Source of the DNA: an uncultured Clostridia bacterium
Lineage (GTDB): Bacteria > Bacillota > Clostridia > Christensenellales > Aristaeellaceae
Length of the DNA: 64,000 nt
Direction: 5' to 3'
NCBI GenBank assembly: GCA_934630705.1
Contig: CAKTWP010000002.1
Coordinates: 100,195 to 164,194, forward strand
The position numbers and the translations under genes were made by a program. The notes under the pieces were generated by a model, which saw nothing but the letters and a program-made list of their open reading frames with translations, made no database searches and was not told the DNA's origin. Below, in pieces: positions 18,059-26,264 of the stretch. The stretch's first letter is position 1, and the number at the start of each line of letters is the position of its first letter.

Positions 18059-18538
18059 ATGATTGCCGTGGCGCAGGTGGAAATCGCTTTGCAGCCCTGG
18101 CTTGGCGTGCGCCTGTCCCGGGCGCTGTTTCCTTTCATGGAGGAAATCGCCAGCCTGCTCAACGGCTATTCTGCCCATCGTGCCCCGCCCGATACCCTGT
18201 TTCACCAGCTGGACAGCCTGCTTTTCCGCGCCGTGCGGGAGCAGACGGGCGGCTCCATGCTGGCCATGCTGCAGGACGGCAGCTGGATCCGCATTCAGGT
18301 GGAGGATTTTGCCACCATGGCCGATGATCTGCTGCTGCTGGTGTTTCAGCTTTTTCCGGTGGACAGCTTTCATCTGCTGCTGCTCAGGGATTATTCCATG
18401 CGCCAATCCAGCCTTGCGGCGCTGCGGGTGCTTTATACCCGCTTTGCGGCGCTGCAAACGCCCGGGGAATTGGAGACCATTGCTTCCGTGGCCCGGGCCT
18501 GCCATCCGGCGTTTCGGCTGCGGGGCTGGCTGGATTGA
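18059..18538 (+). CDS. Hypothetical protein immediately upstream of parA
   Basis: 159-aa ORF with a coding-like codon pattern. No domain recognised. Confidence 0.35.
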   Translation: MIAVAQVEIALQPWLGVRLSRALFPFMEEIASLLNGYSAHRAPPDTLFHQLDSLLFRAVREQTGGSMLAMLQDGSWIRIQVEDFATMADDLLLLVFQLFPVDSFHLLLLRDYSMRQSSLAALRVLYTRFAALQTPGELETIASVARACHPAFRLRGWLD

Positions 18539-18573
18539 CGGCTTGACGCACTGTATATAAAGAAGGGTTTGCA

Positions 18574-19350
18574 TTGGGAAAGATTATTTGCATTGCCAAT
18601 CAGAAGGGCGGCGTGGGCAAGACCACCACGGCCGTGAACCTGGCCGCCTGCCTGGCTGCGGAGGGCAAGAAGGTGCTGCTGGTGGATATGGATCCCCAGG
18701 GCAACGCCTCCAGCGGCCTGGGCGTGAAGGCAGGAAAAAAGACGGTTTATGAAGCGCTGCTGGGGGAATGCACCCTGGAAAGCACCTTTCAGAAAACGCC
18801 GCAGAAAACCCTCACCGTGGCGCCCTCGGATATTCGCCTGGCGGGCGCGGAGCTGGAGCTGGCCAATATGGACCGGCGGGAGTTTCGCATGCGGGCGGCG
18901 CTGGAGGCGGTGAAGGGGCAGTTTGGCTATCTGATCATTGACTGCCCGCCGTCCTTGGGGCTGCTGACCATTAACGCCCTCACCGCGGCGCAGAGCATCC
19001 TGATTCCCATCCAGTGTGAATATTATGCGCTGGAGGGAGTGACGGCGCTGATGAACACGGTGCAGCGGGTGAAGCGCGGGCTGAACCCCGGGCTGGAGAT
19101 CGAGGGCGTGGTAATGACCATGCTGGACGGCCGCACCAATCTGGGACTGCAGGTGGTGGATCAGGTGAAAAAGCATTTCCGGGGCAAGGTGTTTTCCACC
19201 ACGATTCCCCGCAACGTGCGCCTGGGCGAGGCCCCCAGCCATGGGCTGCCCATTCATCTGTATGATCCCCGCAGCACCGGGGCGGAGGCCTATCAGGCTC
19301 TGGCTCGGGAGGTATTGCGCCGGAATGGGGACACGCTCATCAGCCGTTAA
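18574..19350 (+). CDS. parA: Chromosome partitioning ATPase ParA/Soj
   Basis: Deviant Walker A KGGVGKTT; 258 aa. Confidence 0.9.
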   Translation: MGKIICIANQKGGVGKTTTAVNLAACLAAEGKKVLLVDMDPQGNASSGLGVKAGKKTVYEALLGECTLESTFQKTPQKTLTVAPSDIRLAGAELELANMDRREFRMRAALEAVKGQFGYLIIDCPPSLGLLTINALTAAQSILIPIQCEYYALEGVTALMNTVQRVKRGLNPGLEIEGVVMTMLDGRTNLGLQVVDQVKKHFRGKVFSTTIPRNVRLGEAPSHGLPIHLYDPRSTGAEAYQALAREVLRRNGDTLISR

Positions 19351-19368
19351 GCAAGGGAGGCCATTGCC

Positions 19369-20220
19369 ATGAAAAAGCCCGGGCTGGGCCGCGGCCTGGA
19401 TGCGCTGCTGCCCGAAACCAATGATCTGAATAATACCGTAAGCATGATTTCCATCACGGAGCTGGACCGGAATCCCGATCAGCCCCGCCGGGATTTTGAC
19501 GAAGAAGCTCTGCAGACGCTGGCTGATTCCGTGAAGGAAGCCGGCGTGCTGCAGCCCCTTTTGGTGGTGGAGCAGAACGGGCGGTATCGCATTGTGGCGG
19601 GGGAGCGCCGGTTCCGGGCGGCTCGGCTGGCTGGGCTGGACGCGGTGCCCTGCATCGTGCGGGATTTCACCCCCGAGGAGCAGATGGAGGCCGCGCTGAT
19701 TGAAAACATCCAGCGGGAAGACCTGAACGCCATGGAAGAAGCCGCCGCCATCCGGCAATTGATGGAAAGCTGCGGCTATACCCAGGAAAAGGCCGCGAAA
19801 CGGCTGGGCAAGTCCCGGCCTGTGGTGGCCAATATGCTGCGGCTGCTCACGCTGCCGGAGCCTGTGCAGGCACTGGTGAAGGCGGGCAAGCTGTCCGCCG
19901 GGCATGCGCGGGTGCTGGCCGGGCTGGACGACGAGGCCCAGCAGCTGGCCCTGGCGGATAAAACCGTGCGGGAAAGCCTGAGCGTTCGTGCACTGGAAAA
20001 ACTGGCGGCCCAGCCGGTACCGGTGAAAAAGGAAAAGCCGGAGCCCCGGCCCCTGCCGCTGGAGCTGCAGGACATGGAAAAGAAAATGCTGGATACCCTG
20101 GGCCTGCGCACCACCATCCGCGGCAACCGCAAGCATGGGAAAATCACCTTGCAGTATTATAACGAGGATGAGCTGGAGCGGCTCTATCAATGCCTGGAAA
20201 TGCTGGAGGGGCGGCAATGA
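19369..20220 (+). CDS. parB: Chromosome partitioning protein ParB/Spo0J
   Basis: ParB box LQPLLVVEQNGRYRIVAGERRFRAARLAGLDAVPCIV, with an HTH after it. Confidence 0.9.
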   Translation: MKKPGLGRGLDALLPETNDLNNTVSMISITELDRNPDQPRRDFDEEALQTLADSVKEAGVLQPLLVVEQNGRYRIVAGERRFRAARLAGLDAVPCIVRDFTPEEQMEAALIENIQREDLNAMEEAAAIRQLMESCGYTQEKAAKRLGKSRPVVANMLRLLTLPEPVQALVKAGKLSAGHARVLAGLDDEAQQLALADKTVRESLSVRALEKLAAQPVPVKKEKPEPRPLPLELQDMEKKMLDTLGLRTTIRGNRKHGKITLQYYNEDELERLYQCLEMLEGRQ

Positions 20221-21386
20221 CCGCCCTGCGCCGCGGCGCGCTGCTGCTGGCGCTTTTGATCGCGTTTGCCTTTCCTGCCGCCGGGGAAATTACCGACGCC
20301 CAGCGGCAGGAGGCGGATGCTTTTTTTTCTGCACTGTTTGAGGAATCCAGGGCGGTTGGCGGCGTGGTGCTGGTGGCCCAGCAGGGCGCCCATCTGTATG
20401 ACTTCTCTTATGGCTACGCCGATCGCCACCATACCCGAGCCGTCACCCCGGATACGGTGTTCAAGGCGGCGTCTGTGACGAAGCTGGTCACGGCCATTGG
20501 CATGCTGCGGCTGGTAGAGCAGGGGCTGATTGATCTGGATGAACCGTTGGCCCAGGCAACAGGCCAGTCGATCATCAATCCCCTGTATCCCGAAGCGGCC
20601 ATTACCCTGCGCCAGGTGATGAGCCATACCTCGTCCATCGCGTCCACTGCGTCCTATAGCCGCGCCGTGCCCTGGGAGACGATTCCCCGCAGCTCGGATT
20701 ATTTTCTGTCCAGTGCGCCCGGCACGGTTTATGAATATGCCAATCTGAACGGCGGGCTGCTGGGCAGCCTGATCGAGCGGCTCAGCGGCCAGAGCCTGAA
20801 CAGCTTCATGCGCCAGCAGGTGTTCGAGCCGCTGGGGATTAACGCGGCCTATGCTGCGCCCCTGCTGCCCGATCCCGACGCCCTGTCGGCCACTTTCAAA
20901 GCCGACGGCAGCCTGTATATCAGCGCCGAGAGCTATCTGGAGGACGATGCGGCCTACGAGGATTCCTGCAATCCGGATGCGCATTATCGCGCGGCGGTGG
21001 GCGGGCTGTATATCAGCGCCAGCGGGCTGGAAACGCTGGGCATGGCGCTGGCGGGCGGCGGGCAGGTAAGCGGCGTGCAGCTGCTCAGCCCCGAGATGGC
21101 CCGGATGATGCAGCTGGATCAATCGCTGGTGGCGGGCAGCAGCGTAACGGCGGAAAGCCCCTATGGCCTGTGCCTGTACCGGCTGAATCTGGACGGCGAC
21201 GTCTGGTACGGCCATCAGGGCCGCTGGGAAGGGCTGGTGGTGGATCTGTTTTTTGAACGGGAAACTGAAACCGTGGTGGTGCTGGTGGCCAACGGCGTAA
21301 GGCGGAAATTGGGTTTGGAAATCTGCCCGCAGGGCGAAGCAGCCATTCGCTTTGTTCAGCCATGGACCTATTTTATCGTGGATTGA
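20217..21386 (+). CDS. Serine hydrolase of the beta-lactamase / PBP4*-like family, secreted
   Basis: Signal peptide. SxxK motif ASVTKLV. Starts at the ATGA overlap with the parB stop. Confidence 0.7.
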   Translation: MTALRRGALLLALLIAFAFPAAGEITDAQRQEADAFFSALFEESRAVGGVVLVAQQGAHLYDFSYGYADRHHTRAVTPDTVFKAASVTKLVTAIGMLRLVEQGLIDLDEPLAQATGQSIINPLYPEAAITLRQVMSHTSSIASTASYSRAVPWETIPRSSDYFLSSAPGTVYEYANLNGGLLGSLIERLSGQSLNSFMRQQVFEPLGINAAYAAPLLPDPDALSATFKADGSLYISAESYLEDDAAYEDSCNPDAHYRAAVGGLYISASGLETLGMALAGGGQVSGVQLLSPEMARMMQLDQSLVAGSSVTAESPYGLCLYRLNLDGDVWYGHQGRWEGLVVDLFFERETETVVVLVANGVRRKLGLEICPQGEAAIRFVQPWTYFIVD

Positions 21387-21436
21387 CGGCCCTGATTGCG
21401 CTGCTGACGCGCAATACGAGATAAAGGAGAAAAGCA

Positions 21437-21907
21437 ATGAAACGAATGATGCCGGTGCTCCTGCTGCTTTCCTTTTTCTGCGCCATTACGGCGATGGGAG
21501 AAGAAACGGTTCCGTCCTGCGAAGCGCGGTATGCGGTTCTAAACGGGGATGATACGCTGAAAATCGAAGCGTCGCTGGTGACCTGCAGCCCGCTAGATCA
21601 TTACGTGGCGATCGCGGTTCGCTGCGCCTATCGCAGCCCGGTGAATTTTGAAGTGACGGCCTTTCATGTGTATTTCAACGATCAGCCGGTGGAAACGCTG
21701 CTGCCGCTGCGAGAAACAGAACTTCGTGCATCAGAGGACTTCTATGGCGTTTTTGCCATGCCCGAAGGCGGGATCACGCAATTGCGGATTGTTCCCGTCG
21801 GCACGACCGCTTACGCGGTGGAGACGATCACGGAAGAATTTCCGGCTCACACGCTTTCTCTGACGGACTTTAGCCCAATCGAGGGACAGGGAGAAACCGC
21901 GCGCTGA
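21437..21907 (+). CDS. Secreted hypothetical protein
   Basis: Signal peptide MKRMMPVLLLLSFFCAITAMG; 156 aa; no known domain. Confidence 0.45.
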   Translation: MKRMMPVLLLLSFFCAITAMGEETVPSCEARYAVLNGDDTLKIEASLVTCSPLDHYVAIAVRCAYRSPVNFEVTAFHVYFNDQPVETLLPLRETELRASEDFYGVFAMPEGGITQLRIVPVGTTAYAVETITEEFPAHTLSLTDFSPIEGQGETAR

Positions 21908-21927
21908 GCGTGGATGAAAAAAAGCAA

Positions 21928-21964
21928 GAGGGGCTTTCTTTCGGAGAAAGTCCCTCTTTTTTCA
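21928..21964 (+). terminator. Intrinsic terminator
   Basis: agaggggctttc...gaaagtccctct followed by tttttt. Confidence 0.5.
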
Positions 21965-22132
21965 GAAAAAGTCGTGGGCGTATGGGAGGGCGGGATGAGA
22001 AATCCGCGTTTGCGTCATTTCCACCTTGCCCCATTGCCTTGACAGCAAGCGCAGCGCGCCGTGTATGAAACACGATATTTAACACTTTTTACGGTAACGA
22101 TGAAAAAACATGCCTTTTGCAAGGATTTTTTA

Positions 22133-22167
22133 CACAAAAACACGGCTGCGGAAAAACCACAGCCGTG
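22133..22167 (-). terminator. Intrinsic terminator of the rpsF-ssb-rpsR operon
   Basis: On the - strand, cacggctgtgg-tttttcc-gcagccgtg followed by tttttgtg. Confidence 0.6.
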
Positions 22168-22188
22168 CAAAGAACCAAAAGACGCAGA

Positions 22189-22443
22189 TCAGTCCACAGT
22201 GTAGGGCAGCAGCGCGATGGCACGGGCGCGCTTGATAGCCTCAGACAGCTGACGCTGATGCTTGGCGCAGTTGCCAGTCATCCGGCGGGGCAGAATCTTG
22301 CCACGCTCGTTGATGGAACGGCGCAGACGGTTAACGTCTTTGTAGTCAATGTATTCGATTTTGTTCACGCAAAAATCGCACACCTTACGACGGGGGCGCT
22401 TTCCGCGCGGACGCGGACGCTTTTCGCCACGATCCTCAGACAT
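22189..22443 (-). CDS. rpsR: 30S ribosomal protein S18
   Basis: 84 aa. [43 protein letters not shown]. Confidence 0.9.
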   Translation of the reverse strand: MSEDRGEKRPRPRGKRPRRKVCDFCVNKIEYIDYKDVNRLRRSINERGKILPRRMTGNCAKHQRQLSEAIKRARAIALLPYTVD

Positions 22444-22482
22444 GAGTGTTTCCCTCCTTTTTATGATTTCCGATTTCAGGGC

Positions 22483-22932
22483 TTAGAAAGGCAATTCTTC
22501 TTCATCTACCTGCACGAATCCGCCGCCCTGGGGCGCAGCAGCGCTGGCAGGGGCCGTGCGGGGCGCGGCAGGAGCCGCCGGAGCATAAGCGGGCGCTTCG
22601 CCAGCTTCGCTGCGGGGCGTGAGGAATTCCACATCATCCGCCTGCACTTCCAAGCTCGCCCGGGCCTGGCCGTCATTGCCGATATAGGCAGAGGCAGACA
22701 CCGTGCCGACCACGGAAACCTTGCGGCCCTTGGCCAGATACTTGGAGCAAATATCCCCCAGCTGCCGCCAGGCGCTGACGCGGAAGAAATCCGCTTCGGG
22801 CTGGCCCGCCTCGGCGTTGTTGGCGCGGCGGCGGTTGACGGCGATGGTGAAGGAACAGACGGACACGCCGGACGGCGTGGTGCGCAATTCGGGGTCACGG
22901 GTGAGATTGCCGATCAGAAAAACCTTGTTCAT
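22483..22932 (-). CDS. ssb: Single-stranded DNA-binding protein
   Basis: OB-fold N-terminus MNKVFLIGNLTRDPELRTTPSGVSVCSFTIAVNRR. Acidic C-terminal tail ...DEEELPF. Confidence 0.9.
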   Translation of the reverse strand: MNKVFLIGNLTRDPELRTTPSGVSVCSFTIAVNRRRANNAEAGQPEADFFRVSAWRQLGDICSKYLAKGRKVSVVGTVSASAYIGNDGQARASLEVQADDVEFLTPRSEAGEAPAYAPAAPAAPRTAPASAAAPQGGGFVQVDEEELPF

Positions 22933-22950
22933 TGCTGTAACTCCTCCCGA

Positions 22951-23328
22951 TTATTCGGCGGCAGGGGTTTCCACGGGCGCTTCAGCAGCGGCGGGGGCAG
23001 CGGGCGCAACGCGCACAGGGCGCGGCTTGACGCCAGCCTTCCGCTCCAGCAGCTTAATCACCTGGTAGCGAATGACGCTGTCGGAAATCTGAAGGTTGCG
23101 CTCCAGCTCCTTGGGGAGCTCGGATTCAGCCTGGAAGTTCACCAGCACGTAATAGCCCTCGGTCTTATAATCGATGGCATAGGCCAGGCGACGCTTGCCC
23201 CACTCCTCCACCTTGTCCACGGTGCCGCCATTTTCGGCGATCAGCGTGTTGTACTTGGCAATGAGCTCCTTGCGGGCTTCTTCTTCCACGGCGGGATCGA
23301 TGATGTACACCACTTCATACTTGTTCAT
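22951..23328 (-). CDS. rpsF: 30S ribosomal protein S6
   Basis: MNKYEVVYIIDPAVEEEARKELIAKYNTLI... with an RBS gaggaggtg. The track ORF extends further upstream without support. Confidence 0.9.
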   Translation of the reverse strand: MNKYEVVYIIDPAVEEEARKELIAKYNTLIAENGGTVDKVEEWGKRRLAYAIDYKTEGYYVLVNFQAESELPKELERNLQISDSVIRYQVIKLLERKAGVKPRPVRVAPAAPAAAEAPVETPAAE

Positions 23329-23403
23329 TCTTTTCACCTCCTCATGGACATATGGCGTCCTATCCTTGTAGGACGCAAGGATGTGCCAATTCCATATTAT
23401 ACA
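23329..23403 (-). promoter_or_regulatory. rpsF promoter (extended -10 TGTATAAT) and structured 5' leader (S6:S18 autoregulatory-type)
   Basis: On the - strand: ...ctgTATAATatggaattggcacATCCTTGCGTCCTACAAGGATAGGACGCcatatgtcc. Two overlapping, mutually exclusive 7-bp hairpins (atccttg/caaggat and gcgtcct/aggacgc). Confidence 0.45.
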
Positions 23404-23758
23404 GGAACCCGTGCAAAAAAGCAAGCGAAAAAGCCGAAATAAAAAGATTTTTCGGCCATGTCGGAAAATTTTCTGCGCGGATGGGCAAAAGCGGCGGGTA
23501 TTGGCCTGCGCCGGGACCGCTTCAGGGCAAAATGCATCAGCCGCCCTCATTTTTTCGGCGCAGGGCGAGGAAGAAGCAGCGCCGCTGCAAAATTCTGCAC
23601 AATTCCCTGCATTTTCATAAAATGAATTTTAAACATATAAAACTTTCAAATTCAAAGAAATTTTTTATTTTGTAGCAGGAAAAATGAAATTTGCATAGAA
23701 TAAAATATGCGAAAAGGCAATTACGCAGCGCTGCTGCTTGAGAAGGGATCGGTTCAGA

Positions 23759-24973
23759 ATGTCGCTGGAAATCTCCCGTTTGTGTCAGAGCATCGCCCCT
23801 TCGGTTACGCTGAAGATCAACGCCATGGCCGCCCAGCTTCGGGAAAAGGGCCAGGATATTATCAGCCTGGGCGCAGGCGAACCGGATTTTGACACCCCCG
23901 CTTTCATCCGCGATGCGGCCAAGGCAGCCCTGGACGCCGGCGAAACCCGCTATACTGCCGCCAGCGGCACGCCTGCCCTGCGCCGGAGCGTGTGCGATTT
24001 TCTGCGCCGGGAAAAGGGCCTGACCTATCGGCCCGATCAGGTGCTGATCTGCACCGGGGCCAAGCAGGCACTGCTGAACGCCTTTGTGGCCATGCTCAAT
24101 CCCGGGGACGAGGTGATTCTGCCTGCGCCCTGCTGGGTGAGCTATCCGGAGATGATCGCCATGGCCGGGGGAAAGGCGGTTTGGGTGGAAGCCACGGAGG
24201 CGGAGGGATTCGTGCCCCCCATCGAGCGCATCCGCGCCGCGGTGACGGAGCGCACCAAGGCCATTTTGCTCAATTCGCCCAATAATCCCACTGGTGCGGT
24301 CTGGACCCGGGAACAGCTGCTGGCGGTAGGGCAGCTGGCGGTGGAAAAGAATATTTATCTGATCAGCGATGAGATTTACGATCAGCTGGTGTATGACGGG
24401 GCGGAAGCGGTATCCGTGGCATCCCTGTCTCCGGCCATTTATGCCCGGACCCTGATGGTGAACGGCTGGAGCAAGGCCTATGCCATGACCGGCTGGCGGC
24501 TGGGCTATGCCGCCGGGCCCAAGGCGCTGATTGCGGCCATGGGCGCGTATCAGAGCCATGCCACCGGCAACCCCAACGCCATTGCCCAGGCTGCTGGCCG
24601 GGCCGCGCTGGAAGGGGATCAGCGCTGCGTGCGGGAAATGGCCGCGGCCTTTGCCAGGCGGCGGGAAATGGTGCTCTCCCTGCTTGCGGAGATGCCCTAT
24701 GTGTCCGCCTTCCGGCCCCAGGGCGCGTTTTATGTGCTGCTGAACGTAAAGGAGCTGATGGGCAAGCGCATCGGCGGGCGGGAGATTCATGGCAGCGTGG
24801 AGCTGGCGGAAATGCTGCTGGAATACGCCCAGATCGCCGTGGTGCCCGGCGCGCCCTTTGGGGCGGAGGGCTATGTGCGCCTTTCCTATGCCGCAGCGGA
24901 CGACCGGCTGCGGGAGGCCATGCGGCGGCTGCGGGCGTTTCTGCTGCAGCTGGACGCGGCGGAAGCAATGTGA
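23759..24973 (+). CDS. aspC: Aspartate/aromatic aminotransferase (class I PLP aminotransferase)
   Basis: 404 aa. N-terminal SLEISRLCQSIAPSVTLKINAMAAQLREKGQDIISLGAGEPDFDTP. PLP lysine region NGWSKAYAMTGWRLGY. Confidence 0.85.
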   Translation: MSLEISRLCQSIAPSVTLKINAMAAQLREKGQDIISLGAGEPDFDTPAFIRDAAKAALDAGETRYTAASGTPALRRSVCDFLRREKGLTYRPDQVLICTGAKQALLNAFVAMLNPGDEVILPAPCWVSYPEMIAMAGGKAVWVEATEAEGFVPPIERIRAAVTERTKAILLNSPNNPTGAVWTREQLLAVGQLAVEKNIYLISDEIYDQLVYDGAEAVSVASLSPAIYARTLMVNGWSKAYAMTGWRLGYAAGPKALIAAMGAYQSHATGNPNAIAQAAGRAALEGDQRCVREMAAAFARRREMVLSLLAEMPYVSAFRPQGAFYVLLNVKELMGKRIGGREIHGSVELAEMLLEYAQIAVVPGAPFGAEGYVRLSYAAADDRLREAMRRLRAFLLQLDAAEAM

Positions 24974-24996
24974 TATAATGAAATAGACCAAAAGCA

Positions 24997-25040
24997 GGGA
25001 AACCGTTCTTTGGGCGCAAAGGACGGTTTTCTTTTCTATC
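24997..25040 (+). terminator. REP-like hairpin/terminator (GGAAACCGTTCTTTGG family member)
   Basis: gggaaaccgttctttgggcgcaaaggacggttttc followed by ttttctatcc. Confidence 0.55.
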
Positions 25041-25072
25041 CGGCGCGCAGCGCATCAAGGAGGGGGAAACAA

Positions 25073-26074
25073 ATGAAAGCATTGATTTACGGCGCGGGTT
25101 CTCTGGGGATTGTGCTGGGGGCTTATCTGGCCAAGGGCGGCGCGGACATTACGCTGTGCAACCGCAACCCGGCGCAGGTGGCGGCGCTGCAGGAAAAAGG
25201 CGCGCAGGTGACCGGAACGGTGGAGATGACCGTTCCCGTGCAGGCGGTGCTGCCCGGGGACATTCAGGATCGCTATGATGTGATCTTCCTGATGACCAAG
25301 CAGCTGGACAACGCGGCCAACTGCGCATTTTTGAAGGACAAGCTGACGAAGAAGGGCGTGATCGTGACGCTGCAAAACGGCATGCCGGAAATGGGCGTGG
25401 CAGAGGTGATCGGATCGGAGCGGACGCTGGGCTGTGCCGTGGCCTGGGGGGCCACCCTGGAAGGCAACGGCGTATCCCGCCTCACTTCTGAGCCGGACAG
25501 CCTGACCATGAGCCTGGGCCGGATGCCGGGGGTGCCGGATGAAACGCTGGCGGCGGTGAAGGGGCTGCTGGAGCTGATGTGTCCAGTGGAAGTGGAGGAA
25601 AACTTCATGGGCGCGCGGATGAGCAAGCTGCTGATTAACGCGGCGTTCAGCGGCATGAGCGCCGTGATTGGCGGCACCTTTGGGGAAGCCGCAGGTAATA
25701 AAGCCTCTCGCCGGGTGGTGCAGGCGCTGATTAAGGAATGCATCGATGTGAGCCGGGCGGCGGGCATTCGCATGGCTCCGGTGCAGGGCAAGGATATCGC
25801 CGCGCTGCTGGATTATCACGGGCCTGTGAAGAAGCTGATTTCCTTTCTGGTGATTCCCATCGCCATCAAAAAGCATGCGGCGCTGAAAGCCAGCATGCTG
25901 CAGGATCTGGAAAAGGGCAAGCGCACGGAGGTGGACGCCATCAATGGGCAGGTTTGCCGTCTGGGCAAGGCCCACGGTGTGGCCACGCCATACAACGACA
26001 CGGTGGTGCGCCTGATTCATGAAATGGAGATGGGCAAGCGTCGCCCCGGCATGGAAAACCTGACAGCGTTTTGA
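25073..26074 (+). CDS. panE: 2-dehydropantoate 2-reductase (ketopantoate reductase, ApbA/PanE family)
   Basis: N-terminal Rossmann fold MKALIYGAGSLGIVLGAYLAKGG. RBS aaggaggggg. 333 aa. Confidence 0.8.
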   Translation: MKALIYGAGSLGIVLGAYLAKGGADITLCNRNPAQVAALQEKGAQVTGTVEMTVPVQAVLPGDIQDRYDVIFLMTKQLDNAANCAFLKDKLTKKGVIVTLQNGMPEMGVAEVIGSERTLGCAVAWGATLEGNGVSRLTSEPDSLTMSLGRMPGVPDETLAAVKGLLELMCPVEVEENFMGARMSKLLINAAFSGMSAVIGGTFGEAAGNKASRRVVQALIKECIDVSRAAGIRMAPVQGKDIAALLDYHGPVKKLISFLVIPIAIKKHAALKASMLQDLEKGKRTEVDAINGQVCRLGKAHGVATPYNDTVVRLIHEMEMGKRRPGMENLTAF

Positions 26075-26113
26075 GCTGCGGATAAAGGCGCATGGCGTCA
26101 ATATCTGAGATGC

Positions 26114-26168
26114 AAAAACGCCTCTGATGGGAGAAAACAGACGTTTCTTCCGCCAGAGGCGTTTTTTA
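26114..26168. terminator. Bidirectional terminator between convergent panE and CotH genes
   Basis: aaaaacgcctctg...cagaggcgtttttt. Confidence 0.55.
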
Positions 26169-26264
26169 ATGGCATCCACGATTTTTGAAATAACCGTGTA
26201 TTTTGCTCTGCATGTCGCCACAAATACTGAAATTTCTTAAGAATAGCAGAACAAAATCGCCACT

